Shown here one piece after another: positions 58,416 through 64,000 of a stretch of 64,000 bases of DNA. The position numbers were made by a program, and so were the translations under genes. Every line of letters begins with the position of its first letter. Positions within the stretch are counted from its first letter, which is position 1. Under the pieces are notes generated by a model. That model had not been told where the DNA came from. It made no database searches and saw only the letters and a list, made by a program, of their open reading frames with translations. Origin of the DNA: an uncultured Methanosarcinales archaeon (lineage in GTDB: Archaea > Nanobdellota > Nanobdellia > Woesearchaeales > JASKKU01); the NCBI GenBank assembly GCA_964416905.1, contig CAYQFL010000001.1, forward strand, positions 94,647-158,646, given 5' to 3'.

Positions 58416-58709
58416 TTATTCTGACTCTATAACTTCTTTAGCAGCATCTAAAGCCTGTGCTAATTTCTTACCTTTAGGAGTCAGAGAGAGATACTTCAAT
58501 CGTCCCTTCTTAACAAACTCCACAATACCATGTTTTTCAAGAATCTTTAAAAGTTTGACAACATGAGAATAAGTGCAATCAATCTCTTTAGCAACAACAG
58601 ACGCATAAATATTTGATTTTGAGTTCAATAGAACAATCAACAAGTTTGTTGGCTTCTCGCGAAAAATAATGTTAAACAGATCATCTTTTTCCAAATCTAT
58701 CCCCTCCAA
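58416..58709 (-). CDS. Small winged-HTH transcriptional regulator (ArsR/MarR-like)
   Basis: 97 aa. The 'ASVVAKEIDCTYSHVVKLLKILEKHGIVEF' recognition helix and wing are visible. Confidence 0.55.
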   Translation of the reverse strand: MEGIDLEKDDLFNIIFREKPTNLLIVLLNSKSNIYASVVAKEIDCTYSHVVKLLKILEKHGIVEFVKKGRLKYLSLTPKGKKLAQALDAAKEVIESE

Positions 58710-58893
58710 AGCATATTTTATAAAAAAACTATCAAAAAACAGTGTTTATAAAAAAACAGTTATGTTATATAAATGGTGATTATGTGTTCTTTATAAATTT
58801 TTTCAAACATCACTCAACAGTTAAACTCAAACAACAGATAGAAAATAACAAAAATGAGCAAGCTTTTTAAAGTTATCTAAAACAACAAAAGTT

Positions 58894-60420
58894 GTGAAAA
58901 TGAAGAGGAACATTTTAAGCAAAAAACAGAATGACAGAAACTATCCAGCTCCTGCTCCTGAAGAAATACTCGGGAAAGTTTCCGAGATAGTTAGACTAAA
59001 GAATCTAAACATCTTAATTCTTTTTGACGGTGAAAAAGAGTTAGAAATTGTTGATTTCAAAGATTTGTGCAAAAACATAACCTCAGATGATTTTGTAAAA
59101 GCAATCGTTGTTCCTGAGAAAAACAAGGAAAGTTTTAAGCTTATAAGAATTGAAAAGCTAAATGAAAACAATAGTTTCATAGACAAGTTCTCAACAAAAA
59201 TTAATGACATAGCAAAACCAACAAACAACAACTTCATTGTGAAAAGCGATATCTATGAAAAACTAAGACCTTTATTTAATCAAGCCATTGAAGAAATAAA
59301 AAAAGCTGTGTTTGAAAGAAGACCTATCTTAATAAGGCACCATTTTGATTGCGACGGTTATTCTGGAGCAATTGCTGTTGAGAAAGCAATAAACTCTCTT
59401 GCTTTAAAGATTAATCGCAATCAACAATCGATAAGAACCTTTTTAAAAAGGATCCCTTGCACTCTACCTTTTTATGATTTAGACGAAGCTGTTTCAGACA
59501 TAAGCTCTTTCCTGGAGAAACCTGTAGAAAAAGAACCTTTGTTAATACTAATCGATAATGGTTCCACAAGCGAAGATTTGCTTGGATTAAGGAAACTGCA
59601 AATATATGATTTTAAAGTTATTGTGATTGATCACCATGTTCCTGCAATTAAAGATAATGCTTTTGAAGTTGATTCATTAGCTAAAGTGCATATAAACCCT
59701 TACAAAGTTAATGGAGATTCTAACATTACTGCAGGTATGCTTGGCTGCGAATTAGCCAACATGATAAATCCGGATATTGAAAACTTGGATTGTTTGGCAG
59801 CTCTTTCAGGTGTAGCAGACAGATCATCTTCAAAAGAATTCGAGCAGTATTTAAGCCTGGCCCAAAGTAAGAACTGTGACATTATATTCTTGGAAAAACT
59901 ATCGAAAGTCATAGATTACTTAACTTCATCCATTAGAAAAAAGGAATCAAAAACATTCATTGAAAACCTGTTTGATTTCAACAACAAAATACAGAAAAGA
60001 ACTGTTGATTTAATTTACCCAGAACTTGTCGAAATGGAAAGAACAAGGCTCAATACCATAAAGAAGTTCTTAGAAGTTTCTGAAAAAAACAATACAATAA
60101 TTGCAAGATTCAATTTTGAATCAATGATAAAAAGAGGAACATATCCACCAACAGGCAAAAGCACTGGCTTGATTATCGATGAACTCAAGAAAGACCACAA
60201 CAAAGTTGCTGTGATAGCTTATAGCGATGAATCTATGGTAGTAAGAACATCAGGTATTGAAAAAGACATTAATGAGTTTATATCAGAGATGAAAGATAAA
60301 AAACCTTACACGAACATTGAAGGCGGCGGTCATAAAAACGCTGCATCCATTAGATTTATAAAAAAAGTAAAAGAAGAAGTAATGAACGATTTAATTGAAT
60401 GGTTAACTCAAAATGATTGA
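58894..60420 (+). CDS. RecJ/Cdc45-like DHH-family nuclease (paralog 2)
   Basis: 'IRHHFDCDGYSGAIAV', 'VIDHHVP' and DHHA1 'GGGHKNAASIRF'. Confidence 0.75.
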   Translation: MKMKRNILSKKQNDRNYPAPAPEEILGKVSEIVRLKNLNILILFDGEKELEIVDFKDLCKNITSDDFVKAIVVPEKNKESFKLIRIEKLNENNSFIDKFSTKINDIAKPTNNNFIVKSDIYEKLRPLFNQAIEEIKKAVFERRPILIRHHFDCDGYSGAIAVEKAINSLALKINRNQQSIRTFLKRIPCTLPFYDLDEAVSDISSFLEKPVEKEPLLILIDNGSTSEDLLGLRKLQIYDFKVIVIDHHVPAIKDNAFEVDSLAKVHINPYKVNGDSNITAGMLGCELANMINPDIENLDCLAALSGVADRSSSKEFEQYLSLAQSKNCDIIFLEKLSKVIDYLTSSIRKKESKTFIENLFDFNNKIQKRTVDLIYPELVEMERTRLNTIKKFLEVSEKNNTIIARFNFESMIKRGTYPPTGKSTGLIIDELKKDHNKVAVIAYSDESMVVRTSGIEKDINEFISEMKDKKPYTNIEGGGHKNAASIRFIKKVKEEVMNDLIEWLTQND

Positions 60421-60781
60421 AATTTTTGTTTTAATACTCGGTTTTTTTATAGGTTTCATAATCTACAAAGAGAGTCAAGAAGAATTTCCTGCGTTAAATA
60501 AACCGTTAGATTTTATTGAGAAAACATCAGCATTGCTCTTAATACTCTTAATCATTTTCTCAACAATCATTAGTTCAGAGCAGAATATTTTATTCAATTT
60601 AATTTCAATAATTCTGTTAATATTATTCTTAAAAAAAGATTGGTTCTTTTTATTGTTGTTTACTAGCATATTTTTATCTCATAATGACACTTATGCTTGG
60701 ATGTTTGCTGTTCTAATCATTCTCTCGCTTTTACAAGGCAGAAAATACAAGAGCTTAAAAGAGCTGTTCTTGTTAAAATAG
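60413..60781 (+). CDS. Small integral membrane protein, hypothetical
   Basis: Four predicted hydrophobic helices. It overlaps the preceding gene by 8 nt. Confidence 0.4.
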   Translation: MIEIFVLILGFFIGFIIYKESQEEFPALNKPLDFIEKTSALLLILLIIFSTIISSEQNILFNLISIILLILFLKKDWFFLLLFTSIFLSHNDTYAWMFAVLIILSLLQGRKYKSLKELFLLK

Positions 60782-60796
60782 GTTGTATACTAAACG

Positions 60797-61048
60797 TTAC
60801 TTGAACTCTGCGTGCCCAAAATTAACAACAAGATCAAATTCTTTGAAATATAATGGTATATCACAACCGCCGTAATTTGAACCTGCCCAAAGATAAAATT
60901 TGATTTCAGGAAACTTTTTTTTCAAAGAATCAACAATCTGTTTTGCTTTTGGTTTAAGGCCGTCGGGAAATTGAAGACAAACTGTTTTAAACTCACTACT
61001 TTGTAAAGTAGATTCTAAAACATCCAAATTTAATTTAAGCTCAAGCAT
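60797..61048 (-). pseudogene. dph2: Truncated Dph2 (2-(3-amino-3-carboxypropyl)histidine synthase) N-terminal fragment
   Basis: The 83-aa ORF 'KTVCLQFPDGLKPKAKQIVDSLKKKFPEIKFYLWAGSNYGGCDIPLYFKEFDLVVNFGHAEF' aligns with the first ~80 residues of archaeal Dph2 (…IQSPEGL…INYGACD…LIHLGHS) and stops there. The downstream space is occupied by an opposite-strand ORF. Confidence 0.6.
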
Positions 61049-61456
61049 ACAGGGTAGAAATAAAAACTAAAATAAAAAGATATCTAAAAAAATTCAGAAA
61101 TACATATAACCAGGTTTCCACTTATTTGTTTTTTTCCAGGTCTTTCCATCCTCACCTTTTGGAATTTCCTGGAAATATTTAGAATCTGATTTTGAATGCC
61201 TACCCAATTTTATTACCTCCCTCTCAAAATAAGCTAAGATTATCTAAGCAACTTATAAAATTTATAAATAAGTATAAGTATTACTAGTATTTAAATGTTA
61301 CTAAAAAATATATATTTTCAATAGAACTTTTTTGCGAGTTTAAAAGCACAGCTTAAGCAAAGTTTAAAAAGCTTAAAAACAACATACCTAAAACGCCCAG
61401 ATCCTTAAGCCAGATTGACATAAGATGATATCTGGAGAGTAGTCTGGGCGATATTT

Positions 61457-61771
61457 TTACTTTTTACGTTTCTGTTTCTGTTCTTTAATATAAGGATACC
61501 TATAAAGAGTCTTGCATTCTTTACATAAATAAACAGCATGACCTTCGTGCATCCTGACCCTTAAATTAACTCCAGGTATAAGAACAGAAAAACACTTTTT
61601 ACATATAAATCGTTTAACATCTCTTGGGATCTTTGTTTTAGTTTTCCTTGAAAAGAACAGAATGTCTTTCACAATCTCTCGCGAAAGCTCAGGATTTGAA
61701 AAGAAAACTTTGCGAGCAACCTGAAACCATTTCCTGTAAATTTTATCAACATCATACCTTATCTTAGCCAT
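61457..61771 (-). CDS. rnp4: RNase P protein component 4 (Rpp21/Rpr2 family)
   Basis: 104 aa and basic, with a zinc ribbon 'CKKCFS…CKEC' and an Rpr2-like N-terminal helix. Confidence 0.7.
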   Translation of the reverse strand: MAKIRYDVDKIYRKWFQVARKVFFSNPELSREIVKDILFFSRKTKTKIPRDVKRFICKKCFSVLIPGVNLRVRMHEGHAVYLCKECKTLYRYPYIKEQKQKRKK

Positions 61772-61817
61772 AATCTATTTAGAAAACTTTCAACTTTAAT
61801 AAAATTCTGATTTGAAT

Positions 61818-63137
61818 TTAAAACTGGTAGTTGTCACCTTCAGAAGCAGTTATTACTTCTGTATTAAAATTGTGCTCAACAAACTCTTTAAAGATTAACA
61901 CTTTATCTTCTTCACTATGTGCAGGAATAACTGCTTTTGGTAAAAGTAACTCAAGCAACTCTCTATGGTCCTGCCTTGAAGCATGACCTGAAACGTGTAC
62001 ATCTTCGTACACGTTAACATTTTTGTTTTCTAAGGCAACCCTAAGCCTTTCTCTATTCCTAATGTTTTCAGGTCTAGGAATAATATTACTTGAAAAAACA
62101 ACGCTGTCTCGCCTATCAAATGAAAACAGGTTCTGTGAAACAATCCTTGACAGTATTGAGTTGGGCTCGCCCTGATGACCTGTACAGACAATAATGTATT
62201 TGCTTTTATTTTTTTCAACAGTTCTCAGCATTCTAACAAGATGCCTATTAAACCTAATTAACTTATATTTCTTAGAAAAATTAACAAGGTTAATCTGTTC
62301 GGCTGCTTTAATGTACTTAAAAAGGCTTCTACCTATAAAAACAGGTTCTCGTTTAAGCTTTTTAGAAAGGTCTACAATAGTTTTCAACCGTGCAATATGT
62401 GACGAGAATGTTGTAATAAAGATTGCTGAATGCATTGTGTCGACTTCTGTTAAAACATCTTTTAACATTGCTTTTGCAACAGATTCTGAAGGCGTTTTAC
62501 CTAATCTATCAGCATACAGGGAATCAATAATTAGCAACTTTGCATTTCTAAACTTAGCTAATCTTTTAAGGTTGGGTTTTTCTCCTAAAATTGGGGAGAA
62601 ATCTATTTTATAATCGTTAGCATACACGACAGAACCTTCAGGAGTTTCAACAACTATAAAAGCGGTATGCGGAACTGAGTGCGAGCTTGCAATAAAATGC
62701 ACAACAATATTCTTTGATACAACATATTTTGAATTAAGCTTGGCATATTTTATTCTAACTCTCGACCTTGGAGAAATATCTCGTTCAAGCTCTTTTAAAA
62801 CAGATGCAGTATAGGGTGTTGCAACAACTGTTGCATTCTTGAACAGCTTGGCTAGAAAAGGAATCGCACCAACATGATCCAAATGAGCATGAGAAGGGAT
62901 TATCGCTTTAACCTGGTTTAAAAGATGGCTTACTTTGTTAACATTAGGAACTGAACCAGAACTTAACAGAGTATCTATAGCCAGAATTTTTGTATCCTGA
63001 ACCTCATCCATTAAAGGGATATAATTGTCAAGGTGTAAACCCAAATCTAAAACAACGGCTTCATTCTTATACCTAACCAAAGTCATATTCCTTCCAATTT
63101 CCTTAAATCCACCAACAGTGTAAACTTCTAAAACCAT
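61818..63137 (-). CDS. RNase J-like beta-CASP metallo-beta-lactamase ribonuclease (archaeal aRNase J)
   Basis: MBL motif 'HAHLDHVGAIP' and beta-CASP segments. The ~440-aa size is typical of archaeal RNase J. Confidence 0.75.
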   Translation of the reverse strand: MVLEVYTVGGFKEIGRNMTLVRYKNEAVVLDLGLHLDNYIPLMDEVQDTKILAIDTLLSSGSVPNVNKVSHLLNQVKAIIPSHAHLDHVGAIPFLAKLFKNATVVATPYTASVLKELERDISPRSRVRIKYAKLNSKYVVSKNIVVHFIASSHSVPHTAFIVVETPEGSVVYANDYKIDFSPILGEKPNLKRLAKFRNAKLLIIDSLYADRLGKTPSESVAKAMLKDVLTEVDTMHSAIFITTFSSHIARLKTIVDLSKKLKREPVFIGRSLFKYIKAAEQINLVNFSKKYKLIRFNRHLVRMLRTVEKNKSKYIIVCTGHQGEPNSILSRIVSQNLFSFDRRDSVVFSSNIIPRPENIRNRERLRVALENKNVNVYEDVHVSGHASRQDHRELLELLLPKAVIPAHSEEDKVLIFKEFVEHNFNTEVITASEGDNYQF

Positions 63138-63266
63138 TCAAAGTTAGAGAACTCCATTATTTTTAAAACATTCTACAGAAGGTATAATAAAAACTTAACA
63201 AAACGAAATAAATCAAACGAAACAAAAGAAGAAAATTTAAATAATAAAACGTCTCTTTTTAGAAGT

Positions 63267-63998
63267 ATGAAGCTAGACAGGAAAATATTCGTGCAAGTAT
63301 TGCTGTTTTTAACCGTTGCAATTATCATATCTCAAAACGTTTTAGCTACAAATGTAAGCATTGAAAAGATTAAAACCGTTATTCAAGAAAAGGAGTTTGC
63401 TGAGTTTCTTATCTGGATTGAAAACACAGGCAATGTAACTAAGGAATATTCTCTTGATTTTGGGATACAACCTCAATGGAGCATAATATCACAACCATTC
63501 TACACACTAACACTGGAACCTGGCGAAAAAGGAAGCTTTCATGTATATGTAAAAGCCAAAAGCGAAATTCCAGCAGATCATTATGCTATTCCTTTCAAAG
63601 TAAAATCTGGGGATGAGGAGATCCCAGGCAGCATCTATATAACTTATGGTGAAGTAGAAAGTGATGGTGAAGGGTATAAACCTACTGTTAAGATGGCTGT
63701 CAGTTTAGAACCTGATTATTCCATTGACCCACGAGAACCATTTAGGTTTAAAATCCTGTTAAACAATTACAATGTATTAAACCTAAGCAATCTAAGAATC
63801 ATCGTCTTGGGTGCAGGTCTTAACATTCAAAAAAATGTAAGTTTGGGTCCTTTAGAAACTAGAAAAACTTACTTTATTGATGCTAAGTTAGATCCACAAA
63901 TAGAACCTGGACCTAAAAAAATCATGATTGCTTTAGACAAAGATGGAAAGATAATTGCTTCAGTAGATGATATTGAAATTAATGTTTTAGCTTACAAC
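63267..63998 (+). CDS. Secreted protein, 5' partial (continues past the window end)
   Basis: ATG at 63267 and a signal peptide 'MKLDRKIFVQVLLFLTVAIIISQNVLA'. The frame stays open to the window edge. It is beta-rich, with a possible CARDB/Ig-like fold. Confidence 0.5.
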   Translation, partial: MKLDRKIFVQVLLFLTVAIIISQNVLATNVSIEKIKTVIQEKEFAEFLIWIENTGNVTKEYSLDFGIQPQWSIISQPFYTLTLEPGEKGSFHVYVKAKSEIPADHYAIPFKVKSGDEEIPGSIYITYGEVESDGEGYKPTVKMAVSLEPDYSIDPREPFRFKILLNNYNVLNLSNLRIIVLGAGLNIQKNVSLGPLETRKTYFIDAKLDPQIEPGPKKIMIALDKDGKIIASVDDIEINVLAYN

Positions 63999-64000
63999 AA

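Noticed and set aside
60413-60781. Possibility that the Dph2 gene continues in another frame through this region
   Set aside because: The minus-strand frames downstream of 60797 contain only a 64-aa ORF with no Dph2-like sequence. The plus-strand membrane-protein ORF is more coherent, so the truncation appears real, although a sequencing error cannot be excluded.
61388-61452. Possible C/D box sRNA in the Rpp21 3' inverted repeat
   Set aside because: 'agatgatat' resembles but does not match the C box (RUGAUGA), and no D box (CUGA) partner is at the appropriate spacing. It is kept only as a terminator-like hairpin.
1-64000. CRISPR arrays, rRNA genes, transposases/IS elements, inteins
   Set aside because: Scanned for regularly spaced direct repeats, rRNA-like conserved stretches, DDE/HUH transposase motifs and Hint-domain insertions in DnaK, the FlaI-like ATPase, LysRS and the RecJ-like proteins. 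None was seen.

Overview
This is an AT-rich (~30% GC) archaeal window that is almost entirely coding. It is most consistent with a small-genome DPANN-type archaeon: low-GC sequence, archaeal information-processing genes, and several proteins with lysine-rich basic tails. The lineage guess is inference. Archaeal hallmark genes are TFB, TFE, TFS, RNase P Rpp21, an RNase J-like beta-CASP nuclease, ribosomal protein uS15, two RecJ/Cdc45-like DHH nucleases, Sec11-type signal peptidase, RIO kinase, and the wyosine enzymes Taw1 and Taw3. Housekeeping content includes a grpE-dnaK-dnaJ operon, pgk, a class II LysRS, a MiaB/MtaB-like methylthiotransferase, TatD, an FKBP and one tRNA-Thr(GGU). From 3.4 to 11 kb there is a eukaryote-like glycogen cluster: a debranching-enzyme-like protein, a GalT/HIT-like uridylyltransferase, a GT3 glycogen synthase, a GH57 enzyme and a GT4 transferase. 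The accessory block from about 23 to 51 kb is the most interesting part and is a cell-surface island. It holds two tandem class-III-signal pilins and a FlaI/TadA-like ATPase with a split FlaJ/TadBC-like membrane platform and a wHTH-coiled-coil protein of unknown function. It also holds a 1342-aa Cys-rich CCGDD-repeat/LamG surface protein, co-oriented with a PQQ beta-propeller and a degenerate KaiC-like ATPase. The most striking element is a tandem triplet of paralogous secreted Cys-rich proteins carrying a DxDxDG calcium-binding-type motif, with a near-identical nucleotide patch between two copies that suggests recent gene conversion. Next to this island is a homologue of the Rmt/ArmA 16S rRNA m7G1405 methyltransferase family (aminoglycoside-resistance type). 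It is divergently paired with a tandem-duplicated nucleotidyltransferase carrying a possible HEPN-like tail. A truncated Dph2 remnant followed by about 400 bp of non-coding DNA suggests local gene decay. No CRISPR array, rRNA gene or obvious transposase was seen.
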